DNA of 64,000 nt from Octopus vulgaris (GCA_951406725.2 OX597833.1:56358001-56422000), one strand, 5' to 3'; counted from the stretch's first letter, positions 13,501 to 25,780 are shown. Program-made: numbers and translations. Notes: generated from the sequence alone by a model not told the origin.

Positions 13501-16500
13501 AGCCATTCGACTAAAAATTCTTTAAGGTGATATCCCAGTATGGCCACAGTCAAATGACTGAAACAAGTAAAAGATAGAAGATATATCTGCTTTCATGTCA
13601 TACATGCTCCATGTTTGAATATCAACAATCTCACATGCTAACCCCACCATCTGTTTTCACTCTTTTCTCACTTCCAAGCTACATGTATCATTTCAACATT
13701 CAAAAACTAATTGCATCATTGAATCATTTTTATGTTGTTTGATTTTATATCTCCTTTAGGGACCACTTGTGTTTTTGGAACAAGCGTTGATAAACCATGC
13801 CCTGCATTTGCTTCATGACCAAGGTTTTGTACCACTTTACACTCCGTTTTTTATGCGTAAAGATGTGATGCGGGAGGTTGCCCAACTGTCTCAATTTGAT
13901 GAAGAATTATACAAGGTAATCCTTGAGATGTTTGATTTTCAAGATTCTGTATAGGGATTAAAACATATCTGGATCATGGTAGAGACATTGTGAAAAACAC
14001 ACAGGATACTGTTATATTCACTTTTGCTTTAATAATATATATTGCATTTTGTTTTGGGATTTGGTTTGCAAGATTCTTTATATGAGTTCGTGTGTTGAAG
14101 CATATTTTGTTGTGTCTGGGGAGAGTCATTCTCTTTTAGTACCTTATTATTTAACACACTCACCGGTAAAATTTCCACTTATTTCGTCTTTTTATTTTCC
14201 TAAAATTTTCGTTGCGTCTTGCAACCTTTTCAATAGTCTTGCAATATATATTGCAATAATGATTATATGAGATGCAGCACGAAGTTTTGTCAGTGAACAG
14301 TTCGCAGTCTCAAAGCGCCGGAAATATTTTGACAAATTAAATTTAAATGTTGAAGGGAATCTAACAGTTTTTGTGCATTTCTTAAATGGCTTAGAAACAC
14401 CTTCCATGCTGCAATTGTTTTCGTTCCAGCACACGATCTCAGATCAGGTCACTTGCTATGCAAGTACATCTCCGATTATATTTTTTTACATATCAAAATC
14501 TTTTAATGCATATGACTTGTTTACTAACACTCTACTACACTTCTGCTACACAAAGTAAATTAATGTAAAAATTTTTAGTCTGTTTCTGTCATTATTGTTC
14601 TTTTCCTTTCTTCTGAAATATAAAAGAAAATTCATTCCTCTCTTTGCTACTAATTGGGTGGCTTGATTTGTTGCGCCATGCCTTTGTGCCAGTGGCACAT
14701 AAAAAGCACCATCCGAACGTGGCTGATGCCAGCCTCCTCTGGCACCTCTGCTGGTGGAGCATAAAAAAGCACCCATTATACTCACGGAGTGGTTGGCGTT
14801 AGGAAGGGCATCCAGCTGTAGAAACACTGCCAGACCAGACTGGAGCCTGGTGCAACCTCCTGGCTTTCCAGACCCCGGTCGAACCGTCCAACCCATGCTA
14901 GCATGGAGAACGGACGTTAAACAATGATGATGAATTCTGTTGTAAGCATTTACGCCAGATCTCTAGTTTGAAAATAACCAATTTCCTTCGTCCAGCCAAC
15001 CTTGGAAGCATTGCAAAGGACCGTGGTCATTGTCTTTCCTCCTTTGACGAAGTTATTTAATTAAAAAATACATTTACTGAGTGATGTGACATAAAAAGTG
15101 ATTAAAATATTAACAATTTTTACTTAGAATTTGCCATGTTTTAACAATTATTTTTTATTGCTCCTATGTACATTTACTTATTCCTATACTACCCATTCCA
15201 CTTAGCCCACATGCTTATTAGCATCTCCTTAGATGGAAATACATTATATAAAGGTTAAAATCTATTCAGTTAATCTATATATTGTTGCATTGCATGTTAC
15301 CAACCTTCTAGTCCAGTGCTTTTCAAACTTTTTGCTGGAGCGGAACCCCAAGGAAACATTCCACTGGCTCGAGGAACCCCTGTGCAATAATTTAATAGTT
15401 TTATACACACATATCTGCACAGGAGAATTAAAAATTACTGCCGATTTTAGCAGTTTTGTAACTTGTTGCGGAACCCCTGGACTGTACTGGTGGAACCCTG
15501 GTTGAAAACCACTGTTCTAGTCAGTTAAATGGGATGAGGAATCTACTGTGGTCAGTTGAGTGTGATAGTATTGCATTGCATTCTGTATAAGGAATAGTGT
15601 TTATAATTTAAAATCCTTTCGATCAAAAACTGTATTGGTTACTAATCATTCTATTTAAAATCTAGATTTAATCATATTAATGAATATATTTTTATTTCTT
15701 GCTAACGTAAAAAAACAGAGATGAAACTGGCAAGTTGATTACCTCCCTTGCCATTAGAGGCGATCAGCCAAATCAACTGAGAGATTCTCAATTCTCTGAT
15801 TTAAGTAGACTTCTGATTGAAGGTATAATCATCTAACTTGGTATGTTTAGAACTACATTATCTAATGTTCTTTTATGAGTACAGAGTGCAATTTGAGAGA
15901 GATTTCACTGATATTTCTAGCCGGTTAAGCAATCACACTACTTTTTTCAATGGTCTTGAGAATAGTTCTTGCAATTTACATGTGTTTACTGAGAGTTTAT
16001 CAGATGTAAATAAAACTAGCTAAGCATGAAATTGCATCCAAAACGTGATAATAATTAATTAAAATTATATTTGTTACCATAATGTACTTTTGTGTTAGAG
16101 CTATGAATGGCTCCACCTAAGTGTTTTAGAGCTATGCATAGACTCGTGTTAGTGTTTGAACTATGTGTGAACTTACACCAGTATCAAAGCTCGTGGGGCC
16201 CAGATGAGGGTTAGAACTATGTGTGGAATTGTTTTAGAATACAGAGCCAAACATAAGCAGAATTATTGTCCTACATTTAGAAAACTAATTAAATATTTTT
16301 GACAAAATCTAGTTTCCGAAGATGTGTTTATATCTCTCTGTTTAACATTTTGATTTCACTGTCTTTCCATTCCGAACTGACCAAAGCAATTCAATAATTC
16401 TAAGACATCTTTGAAGGAATTGTCTAAATTAATTTCATTTCTTCTTTCTGTTTGCTCAGGTAATAGGTAAAGAGAGTGAAAAGAGTGATGATGCTACAAT

Positions 16501-19500
16501 AGACGAGAAATATCTGATTGCTACTTCTGAACAACCAATTGCTGCCTTCCACCGAGATGAGTGGCTCGCTACAGAATCTTTGCCCCTCCGCTACGCTGGT
16601 TACTCGACGTGTTTCCGCCAAGAAGTTGGTTCTCATGGCCGTGACACTCGTGGAATCTTCCGAGTCCACCAGTTTGAAAAGGTAAACATTTTGATAATTA
16701 TAGTGGGAGACTGTCTAATTGGTTAGTGTTTGCTTACTGAACTGAGGCGAACCCTAATACAGATCTGTAAAAGATAACAGAAATATTACTCCGACGAGTA
16801 ATATTTAATCTATAAGGCGATGAGCTGGCAGAGATGTTAGCACGGGCGAAATGCTTAGCGGTATTTCGTCTGCCGTTACGTTCTGAGTTCAGATTCCGCC
16901 AAGGTCAACTTTGCCTTTCATCCTTTTGGGGTCGATAAATTAAGTACCAGTTACACACTGGAGTATTGTTGATTTGTATCCAGTACTTTAATTTATTTTA
17001 TGACTTTAGAAAGATGAAAAGCAAAGTTGATGCCAGCAGGTTTTGAACTCAAAACATAAATATTACAAGGTATATCACCTGATGTTCTAATGATTTAACC
17101 ACTCCACCACTGTCTATTAACTTGATTGACAGTTCATTAACAATCAAAACTAATATTTTAGCTAGCAAATTGGCAGAACAATTTTTAATAGCATTCTGTA
17201 AGCGACCTAATCCCTTTGTCTGTCCTTGTTTGTCCCCTCTATGTTTAGTCCCTTGTGGGCAGTAAACAAATAAGAAATATTACTCCGGTGTGTTTTCAAG
17301 AAAAAATCTGTACTCGTTTCATTTTACCTTAGCTAAAACTGAATATTGACTGTATTTGTTGAATCCCTCAATTTATCAATGTTGGTGATGAATCCGAGAA
17401 AACCTGCCCACCACAACAGAATTGAGATCCTAAAACTAAGGTGCCATGTAAAAAGCATTGATGTGGTTGCTGGTGCTATGTAAAAAGCACTGGTGATAGT
17501 GACACGTAAGAAAGCATCCAGTGTCCTCTCTAAAGTGGTTGGTGTTAGGAAGGGCATCCAGCTATTGAAACCAAGCCAGAACAGACTATGGGACTATGGA
17601 ACTTGTCAAGCTGTCTAACCCATTGCCAGCATGGAAAACAGATGTTAAATGTTGATGACAATTACCTTATAGTAAACATGTACCTGTTAACTTAAACTGT
17701 CATCAAACCGTCTATTTATGTATTCTTTCATTTGTTCAATTATCTTTATCTAATTAATTATCTGTAACCATAGTGAAGTAGAGTAAAAAGTGTCTACAAC
17801 AGACTGTGAAACCTTTTTATTACTTGAAAATTGCATTTAATAAATTATAATATAACAAGGTATATTAAGTAAAAAAAAAATTTATATTTGGATAATCATC
17901 TTCATCATTTAACGTCTGCTTTCCACGTTAGCATGGGTTGGACGATTTGACTGAGGTCTGGCGAACCAGACTCCAATCTGATCTAGCAGAATTTCTAGAG
18001 CTGGATGCCCTTCCTAACGCCAATCACTCCAAGAGTGTAGTAGGTGCTTACGTGCAACAGCCATGCTCAAATGGTGCTTTTTATGTGCCACCTGCACAGG
18101 AGCCAGTTCAGTGACACTGGCAATGACCTCGCTCATAATTATAAATATTGAAGTCAGAAATAGCAATCTAAATTGACTTTTATGACTGATGAATATTTAT
18201 TTAATGTATAATAGCCCTTTTTTTAAGTAAGTAATTAAAGTGTATTTAACCCTTTAGCATTCAGACCATCATATCAGACCAAAATATTTAACCTGTTTTA
18301 TGTTGAAACTGGCCAGATCTGGCCTCTCATGGCAACCCTACAATGTCATTCTAAAACTAAAAAATCACATCATTGAAATCTCTAAACTACAAGATAAAGC
18401 TCGATTAGTTTTGTTGTTGAGGCAAGTGAAATCGAAATCAAATTCGATGACTGGCATCTGTGCTAGTGGAGTGCTAAGAGTACCATATGAGTGTGATTGT
18501 TGACAGAGCAACAAGCTGGCCTCCATGCTGATGGCACGTAAAAAGCAAACATTCGAGCGAGGTCGTTTCCAGTGTTACTGGACTGGCCCCTATGCAGGTG
18601 GCACATAAAAAGCACCATTTGGAGTGTGGCCGTTGCCAGTACCGCCTGACTGGCCCTCGTGCCGGTGACACGTAAAAGCACCCACTACACTCTCGGAGTG
18701 GTTGGCATTAGGAAGGGCATCCAGCTGTTGAAACTCTGCCAGATCAGACTGGAGTCTGGTGCAGCCATCTGGTTCGCCAGTCCTCAGTCAAATCATCCAA
18801 CCCATGCTAGCATGGAAAGTGGTGGACGTTAAACAATGATGATGATGATGAAACATTACATTCGACAAAATAATCTGAATACTAAAGGGTTAAAGCAAAA
18901 TCCAGACTTTTTTCTAGAAAACCACTCTTAAGGGCCACAACAGCTGCAGGATTCTCCATCTCTTGTTTATCTGTCTCCTCTAATGACAAAAAACAAGTCT
19001 TTTTAATACCTTACTATATTATTTGTTTTTTTATTTCAGGTGGAACAGTTTGTTCTGACTTCTCCTCATGACAACAAATCTTGGGAAATGTTTGATGAAA
19101 TGATTGCCAATGCTGAAAACTTCACCAAGTCTCTTGGAATTCCTTATCGGATTGTCAATATAGTTTCTGGTAATTCAGTTTCCTTTCAAAATTTGTTCTC
19201 CAATTGTTAATTATAGTTTGTGTATCACTCTGGATATGAAGTAATCCTTTGTATTATAGGCACAAAGCCTGAAATTTGGGGGAGGGGGACTGGTCAATTA
19301 CATTTATTTCTTTATTGCCCACAGGGGGCTAAACACAGAGGGGACAAACAAGGACAGACAAAGGGATTAAGTCAATTATGTCGACCCCAGTGTTCAACTG
19401 GTACTTACTTAATCGACCCCGAAAGGATGAAAGGCAAAGTCGACCTTGGTGGAATTTGAACTCAGAACGTATTAGCAGACAAAATACCTATTTCTTTACT

Positions 19501-22500
19501 ACCCACAAGGGGCTAAACATAGAAAGGACAAACAAGGATAGAGAAATGGATTACGTCGATTTTATCGACCCCAGTGCGTAACTGGTACTTAATTTATCGA
19601 TCCCGAAAGGAAAGGCAAAGTCGACCTCGGCAGAATTTGAACTCAGAATGTAATGGCAGACGAAATACCGCTAAGCATTTCGCCCGGTGTGCTAATGATT
19701 CTGCCCTATGAAAGGAAAAGTCGACCTTAATGGGAGCATTTTGCCCGGTGTGCTAACGATTCTGCCATCTCTCCATTGTTCTGCATATGAAGTAATTTAT
19801 TGTTTCTATGTAAGCATATGTAGTTTTGATGTGAAAGAATTGCTTTGGATTAAAACTGAAGTTAACGAGGACACGTAATCAAGAAATGAACTTTTACAGT
19901 TCCAATTTTAGTTTATCCTCATGCTTAGTATACCAAAACAATCATCATAGAATGGTTTTGGTCATAGTAGATGCACATGAATGAAACTTCTCTCTCATTA
20001 CAACTTATGGATCTTTTCACTTTGACCGGCAGATTTTTAAAATAATTTCTTTGTAACTAAACACTTTTAAACTTTGTATACTGGTAGTGTGTTACATAAA
20101 ACATCTTTTTCTCTTGGCTTTCTTGAGTTGTAAGCTGTTTGTTGTTTAATTTCTTGCATTTTGGCAATTTCAACCAATCAATGACGTCTATTGAGGTAAA
20201 TACAATTTCTGGCGGTGTCATATAAACAACAAATATCTTACAAACTACAGAATTTTCTCAAGAAAGCCAAGAGAAAAAATGTTTTATAAATACATTCTAC
20301 CAGTATACGAAGTTTAAAAGTGTTTAGTTACAAAGAAATTATTTTTAAAATCTGCCGGTCAAAGTGAAAAGATCCCAACTTATTACCGTGAAGTTATCTC
20401 TTTCTTCAATTTTGAATTTCAATCTTTCATTATTTACTCATCTCTTTTAAACTGTTAACTTCTTTCAGGTGCCCTTAATAATGCTGCTGCTAAAAAACTT
20501 GACTTAGAAGCATGGTTTCCAGGATCTGGGGCATTCCGTGAATTGGTCTCCTGCTCAAACTGTACAGACTACCAGGCACGACGTCTCAAAGTGCGCTATG
20601 GTCAAACAAAGAAGATGAACCAGGAGGTAGGTTGAACACACACGTCTAAATCTGAACGACCTTTAGTCACTTGTCATGTCAGTGATTCCAGAACATAAAG
20701 GTTAGAATTGGTTAAAATTGAAAAAAAAAAATGATAATTTATATTCAGTAAATATGATGTAATTGACTTTGAAGATCTGAAAACCCATTAATTGCTGTTT
20801 GCTATGCTTCTACTGTTAATGGAGTGAGTTGACAGAAATGATGTGAAGGTGCATGGCTCAGTGGTTAGAGTGTCGAGTTCAATTCCTGGACTGTGTGTTG
20901 TGTTCTTAAGCAAGACACTTTATTTCACATTGCTCCAGTTCACTCCGCTGTAGAAATGAGTTTGTGACATCACTGGTGCCAAGCTGTATCAGCCTTTGTC
21001 TTTCCCTTGGATAACATCCATGGCATGGAGAAGGGAGGCCGGTATGCATAGGTGACTGCTGGTCTTCCATAAACAACCTTGCCTGGACTTGTGCCTCGGA
21101 GAGTAACTTTCTAGGTGCAATCCCATAGTCATTCATGACCGAAGGGGGTCACCCTTTTTCTTGACAGAAATGATAGAATCAATGCTGTAAGATTAATTAC
21201 TTTACAATATTTAATCTTGTGTTTGGATGTTTAAATTCTGCTGAAACATATTGGTTTCAAATTTTGGCCCAGGGCTGGCAATTTCAGGTGTGTGGTGTAA
21301 ATTGATTACATTGACTCCAGTGTTCAACTGATAGTCATTTTATTGACCCCCCAAAAAATGAAAGTCAACTCCAGTGGCATTTGAACTCTGAATGTAAAAT
21401 CAGTAAAGACCTATTTCTTTACTACCCATAAGGGGCTAAACACAATTTGTTACCATATTTCTGTTGAAATATAACTGCCTTTGTTTCAAAATAACTTTGC
21501 TATTATTAAGCTGGTGTTTGGAGCAGAAGCTAACATGAAATTTTAAAGGAAGGTTTTTAACTAATGATTGTTCTGAAGGAAGAAGTTTGTATCATAAAAC
21601 CTGGGGCAATCTTGGACAGGTTGGTATCAAAAGGGTTAATGGTGAAGGATTCCTGGTTTGGAGAGTCTGCATCTCTGAAGAGCTACATCGATTAGTATGA
21701 ACAATGATAGGTGTTAATACATTGAAATGTTTAAGTTTAACACATAATTGTTTGATTCATATATTCATACATATCAGCTGTTTTTAATCATTCTACAGGC
21801 AACATAGTTATAAAATCTTCTCTTCAATTCAGATTCATTTCACTATACATTTTGTAATAGAGTATTATTTAAAATTGTTCTTTTTAGTAAAATATTCTTC
21901 CTAGACATATTTCATTCTCTAAGAGAACTTAAATGTTTTCGTTGAAAAATGTGCAAACCAGAGTAGAAATACCATCATTTCCTTGACCAAACCTTGCATT
22001 ATTTTCCATTTACCAGGTTGAATATGTACATATGCTTAACGCTACGATGTGTGCAACAACTCGTGCTATTTGTGCAATATTGGAGAACTTCCAAACAGAA
22101 GATGGTGTGCTTGTTCCTGAAGTATTACAACCGTTTCTGCCAAAAGGTCAGTAGTAACGTTAATGTCGTTTTGTACAAAGCCAACCCTGATTGACTAACT
22201 TGCTTTTAGTATATCTTCCATTTTAAGAAGATGGGGTTTACCTTTTACGTATTTTAATTTTTAAATAGCTCTGAACATTATCATCAGTGACAGATTTCCA
22301 ATGGACCAATCACAGGTTCACTATATTTACAACTAGCAGAAATATCCATCGTCGACTGGGTTCAGAATGAGTTTTCAAAAAGCACCCACTACACTCTCAG
22401 AGTGGTTGGCGTTAAGAAGGGCATCCCACTGTAGAAACACTGCCCGATCAGACTGGGCCTGATGCAGCCTCCTGGCTTCCCAGACCCCAGTCGACCCGTC

Positions 22501-24782
22501 CAACCCATGCTAGCATGAAAAGCGGACGTTAAACGATGATGATGATGATATACCCTGATTTATGACAGTTACTGCTTCGATATTATTGAAAATTTTGTAG
22601 TGGAATATCTGCAAGCACTTATTGCCAGGTTTCGGCCCCAAAAGTTATGATATTTTACTAATGGGTCTACTGATAGTCAATCACTTCAGCTCTTTCTCTT
22701 TTCCTACACTGAGATTGTTTGGGTAGTCTAAATCTAATTTTTTTTTTTTCGGAGACATTGTAGTAGGGTGAATTAATCTATAAGACAGGGGACTTAACTC
22801 ATGTTAGCAAACTTACGGATTTCACCAATGTGAAAATTGGTAAAAGTTATGGTTGAAAAGCTATTTTTACTGTTATCCAGGGGTGCTTCAGGAAAAATAA
22901 ATTGATAAAAACACAGCCATGGTCGTGACCAATGTCCTAAAATTGGAGCGACATGCATGCTAATTTGTGGATGTGCATAAAGTACATTCACGTACACGCA
23001 TCCTGCCTTTTATAGATATAGTTAACGAGCATGACAAGATATAGTCTGTGTGATACTAGCAGAACAAATATTTCAAAGGCTTTTCAAAAGTATTGGTTTT
23101 CTCACTAATGTTTACATTGACATGACAATCTTCAACGCAGATTCTGTCCACCAAATTCCAATAAAAAGAAAATCATTGGTCAGTGTCAGATTCCATGCAC
23201 TGGGATTGAACCCAGAAGCATGTGGTGGTGAAGGAAACTTTTTAACGATGTGCCTAGCAGGTTGAGCAACCACAAGAGGCTCTCATTGTCTTGTGCTATA
23301 AAAATGTTACTTATTAAGCGCAGGAGTGGCTGTGTGGTAAGTAGCTTCCTTACCAACCACATGGTTCCGGGTTCAGTCCCACTGCGTGGCACCTTGGGCA
23401 AGTGTCTTCTACTATAGCCTCGAGCCGACCAAAGCCTTGTGAGTGGATTTGGTAGACGGAAACTGAAAGAAGCCCATCGTATATATATATGTGTTTGTCC
23501 TCCCCAACATCGCTTGACAAGCAATGCTGGTGTGTTTACATCCCCGTAATTTAGCGGTTCAGCCAAAAGAGACCGATAGAATAAGTACTAGGCTTACAAA
23601 GAATAAGTCCTGGGGTCGATTTGTTCGACTAAAGGTGGTGCTCCAGCACGGCCACAGTCAAATGACTGAAACAAGTAAAAGAGTATGTGGTTCATTAATT
23701 GTCTATAGTTATTAGGGGTGGTGATGGAAAGGGAATTTTAGTGAGGAGGAAGAATTAGAGAAAGTGTTCAAAGTAGAACTTGCAGAGTTGGTGTGATGAG
23801 AGACAAATAGGCCCACATAGATGGGGCATGTACTTAGCTAGTTTAGAAGAATTGGGGTCAAGATAGTATCAGTAGAAACAGTAAAGTGAGGAAACTGGAG
23901 GAAAAAATAGAAGAAAGACGCTTAGACTGGGAAACTGTTTTGGCGCTACTATGTATGTGAGAGCCATGTGTAGTGAGTAATTATTCATGACTAGAGAAAG
24001 TGAGGTATGAAAAACCATCTCCATTATTTAGGAGGCCATTTATTATCTATTACTGCAATACTACTTGTGAGATTTAGAATATTGATCTTTCAGATTTATC
24101 ATAGACAGACTATTACACAGGAAAATTGATCTGTGATTATAGGGGGTGTTAAAATATAAGAAGAGGTGCTAAATAAAAAATTGAAAAAACTGAATATGGG
24201 AAAGTGAACATTATTTACATTTGACAAATATTTGTCTTCATCTTGTTAACACATTTCAGCTGATAAACCTTCCAGCCTGAAGCTAAGTTCTCATTCGATG
24301 TTATTATTCAGGCCACTGCCTGGAATCGAACTCGGAATCATGGGGTTAGTAGCCCGCGCTCTTAACCACTACGCCATACGCCCGTGGGTGTAGTAGTTAA
24401 GAGCGTGGGCTACTAACCCCAAGATTCCAAGTTCGATTCCAGGCAGTGACCTGAATTATAATATCAAGAAATACCTTAGGAATGAGAACCCAAGCATTAG
24501 AGAAAGAGAGGGGTAAATTTGTACTGAGTCGAGTCCATAACATGGGTTTCAATTCCTGTTCATTTAGTTTGCTTTCTCCCCACAAATGGTCTTTGAAAAT
24601 ACATTAATTGTTGTCCTTAATAAAAAAGAAAAAACATGTTATTGTCTGTCAAAAGTGTTAATGTCTTTGTTTTTCTTCTAGCTTACAAAGAGAAAATTCC
24701 TTTTGTGAAACCTGCTCCCATTGAAGAAATAGAGAAGAAAAATCTGTCAAAGAACATGAAAAAAATGAACATAAAAAGCTGA
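5917..24782 (+). CDS. SARS1: Cytoplasmic seryl-tRNA synthetase, multi-exon gene span (exons 2-11; exon 1 upstream of window)
   Basis: Ten GT-AG exons splice into one open frame. The product contains class II SerRS motifs [44 protein letters not shown] and [12 protein letters not shown], and ends at TGA 24780-24782. Confidence 0.97.
7053..7136 (+). CDS. SARS1: SerRS exon (84 nt)
   Basis: ttacag / gtgagt; [28 protein letters not shown]. Confidence 0.93.
7905..8225 (+). mobile_element. Degenerate RTE RT fragment including the Cys-rich insert
   Basis: Homologous to 62480-62780 ([25 protein letters not shown]) with stops and frameshifts. Confidence 0.7.
8927..9155. mobile_element. piggyBac-like MITE family 1 (also 6157-6385, 11136-11363)
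   Basis: TTAA-ccctttcgttac...gtaacaaaaggg-TTAA. Confidence 0.8.
9165..9468 (-). mobile_element. tRNA-derived SINE family E (related copy 30215-30515)
   Basis: tggcccagtggtt A box and ggtttcgattcc-like B box on the - strand; shared body. Confidence 0.7.
9587..9775 (-). mobile_element. Penelope-like pLTR-type fragment with hammerhead, in (TA)n
   Basis: Contains hammerhead 9676-9711; TA runs on both sides; related copies at about 26300-26540 and 54090-54300. Confidence 0.6.
9676..9711 (-). ncRNA. Minimal type I hammerhead ribozyme motif (core CUGUAGA variant)
   Basis: cuuu-CUGUAGA-a-gagc auag gcuc-GAAA-cGUA-aaag; stems I and II pair; palindromic ACGU stem III. Confidence 0.7.
9810..9968 (+). 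CDS. SARS1: SerRS exon (159 nt)
   Basis: tttcag / gtatgt; [10 protein letters not shown]...[16 protein letters not shown]. Confidence 0.93.
11539..11679 (+). CDS. SARS1: SerRS exon (141 nt)
   Basis: atccag / gtaagt; [10 protein letters not shown]...[14 protein letters not shown]...GGRGYYLK. Confidence 0.95.
11807..11850 (-). ncRNA. Degenerate minimal hammerhead (left arm of inverted repeat)
   Basis: acac-CUGAAGA-a-ggcug...caacc-AAAA-cGUU-gugu; G12 mutated. Confidence 0.55.
12135..12180 (+). ncRNA. Minimal type I hammerhead ribozyme motif
   Basis: aacac-CUGAUGA-a-ggcug gaggguauau cagcc-GAAA-uGUU-guguu. Confidence 0.75.
13760..13915 (+). CDS. SARS1: SerRS exon (156 nt)
   Basis: ctttag / gtaatc; [11 protein letters not shown]...[26 protein letters not shown]. 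Confidence 0.95.
14200..14236 (-). ncRNA. Minimal hammerhead variant with U3:A8 core
   Basis: cua-UUGAAAA-g-guugc aagac gcaac-GAAA-aUUU-uag. Confidence 0.6.
14286..14336 (+). ncRNA. Degenerate copy of the G3:C8 hammerhead variant
   Basis: uuuguca-GUGAACA-...-GGAA-auauuu-ugacaaa; same family as 52181-52231. Confidence 0.5.
15314..15514. mobile_element. hAT-type MITE (related 1053-1308, about 6074-6668)
   Basis: TIRs cagtgcttttcaa / ttgaaaaccactg; perfect 8-bp TSD ttctagtc. Confidence 0.85.
16460..16681 (+). CDS. SARS1: SerRS exon (222 nt, motif 2)
   Basis: gctcag / gtaaac; [11 protein letters not shown]...YLIATSEQP...[24 protein letters not shown]. Confidence 0.96.
19040..19169 (+). CDS. 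SARS1: SerRS exon (130 nt)
   Basis: tttcag / gtaatt; [22 protein letters not shown]...[12 protein letters not shown]. Confidence 0.95.
20009..20375. mobile_element. Merlin-like MITE
   Basis: Long TIRs starting GGATCTTTTC; perfect 8-bp TSD caacttat. Confidence 0.78.
20469..20626 (+). CDS. SARS1: SerRS exon (158 nt)
   Basis: tttcag / gtaggt; [53 protein letters not shown]. Confidence 0.96.
20845..21155 (+). mobile_element. tRNA-derived SINE family D (also 3115-3300, 33760-33970, 55113-55435)
   Basis: tggctcagtggttag A box, gttcaattcc B box, cttgagcaagacact core shared between copies. Confidence 0.72.
22017..22146 (+). CDS. SARS1: SerRS exon (130 nt, motif 3)
   Basis: taccag / gtcagt; [43 protein letters not shown]. 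Confidence 0.95.
24210..24495. mobile_element. Second, deleted copy of the tRNA-headed inverted dimer
   Basis: Two tRNA-like heads back-to-back (24311-24383 on -, about 24387-24451 on +) plus homologous tail sequence. Confidence 0.7.
24682..24782 (+). CDS. SARS1: SerRS terminal coding exon
   Basis: ttctag acceptor; [33 protein letters not shown]. Confidence 0.92.
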
Positions 24783-24881
24783 TTTATTCCCATTCACCTC
24801 TGCTTTGCCGCTTCATTTTTATCTGTTGTAGCCAATCTTTTAAAAAAAAAAGGACCACTCCGTGTATAATTTGTTGAATTC

Positions 24882-24887
24882 AATAAA
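24882..24887 (+). terminator. Candidate polyadenylation signal for SARS1 (second AATAAA at 25058-25063)
   Basis: AATAAA 100 nt after the stop codon; usage untested. Confidence 0.45.
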
Positions 24888-25276
24888 CAAACACAAACAT
24901 TGACATTTCTTAAATTTATTGTAAAAAAATTAAAATAAGCTTTATACAATGTTGTTTTGCTACTGTTTAATGGCTGCAAAAGATAAAAAAAAAATATTTG
25001 CATCATTATAAAATTTCAAATATGACTTTAAAAAGTTATTCTTGTATATTGTTTGACAATAAATTTTGTTGAAACAAATGCTGTAGTAAGTGGGAGCATT
25101 ATTAGACACTTAATACATGTAAATGCACACAATGATCAGGTTGTTGTTTACTCTGTGGTTAGCCTTGTTTGAGCATATCTACTGGAGGAAATAAAGGTGC
25201 AAAGAGGATAACTAAAGAAAGAAGACAAAAAATAAACACCTACTTTGGCCCTGTTGTGCTACAAGTATAAAGCTTT

Positions 25277-25780
25277 TAATAAATCTCTGAAAGAGGTATA
25301 AACAGTAGCTGCAATACAATGTGAAGTATATTTGCCACTTAAATGTGGCTAACCACTAAGGGTGGATGCTACTGTAGCTTGTAGCCCCAGGAGAACAATC
25401 TTCTCCAGCTGGCTATTGAGACACTTTCTGTGCCCTACCAGTATTTGCAAAGGGAAGCCATCCTTCCCACCGTCGACCTGACGTGATATGTGCGGACCCG
25501 GGTTTCTGGGTAGTTACCCGTCATCAGTGCACAACAATCACCGGTTTTCGATGCGAAGGGGTCCCAATGCAAATACATATATCCTTTTTCCAGTGACGAA
25601 AAGTCACTGATCTCGGAAAAAGTGTAAACGAGCAATAATAAATCTCTGAACGAGGTATAAACAGTCAAGTATATTTGCCATCTAAATGTGGTTAACCACT
25701 AAGGGTGGATGCTACTGTAGCTTGTAGCCCCAGGAGAACATCTTCCTCCAGCTGGCTATTGACACATTTTTTGTGCCCTA
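25277..25780 (-). mobile_element. Partial tandem repeat (period about 359 nt, about 1.4 copies) with hammerhead: non-LTR retrozyme / tandem pLTR-like
   Basis: 25277-25437 is repeated at 25636-25780; the hammerhead lies between the copies. Confidence 0.7.
25490..25532 (-). ncRNA. Minimal type I hammerhead ribozyme motif in a tandem, retrozyme-like repeat
   Basis: gugca-CUGAUGA-c-gggu aacu accc-a-GAAA-cccggGUC-cgcac; palindromic ACCCGGGU stem III; A.C mismatch at the first stem I pair. Confidence 0.75.

Larger units (their letters stand above)
14040..14475. mobile_element. Two adjacent Penelope-like pLTR fragments of different families
   Basis: 14040-14240 (-) carries the U3:A8 hammerhead; 14271-14475 (+) is homologous to 51970-52311. 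Confidence 0.55.
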
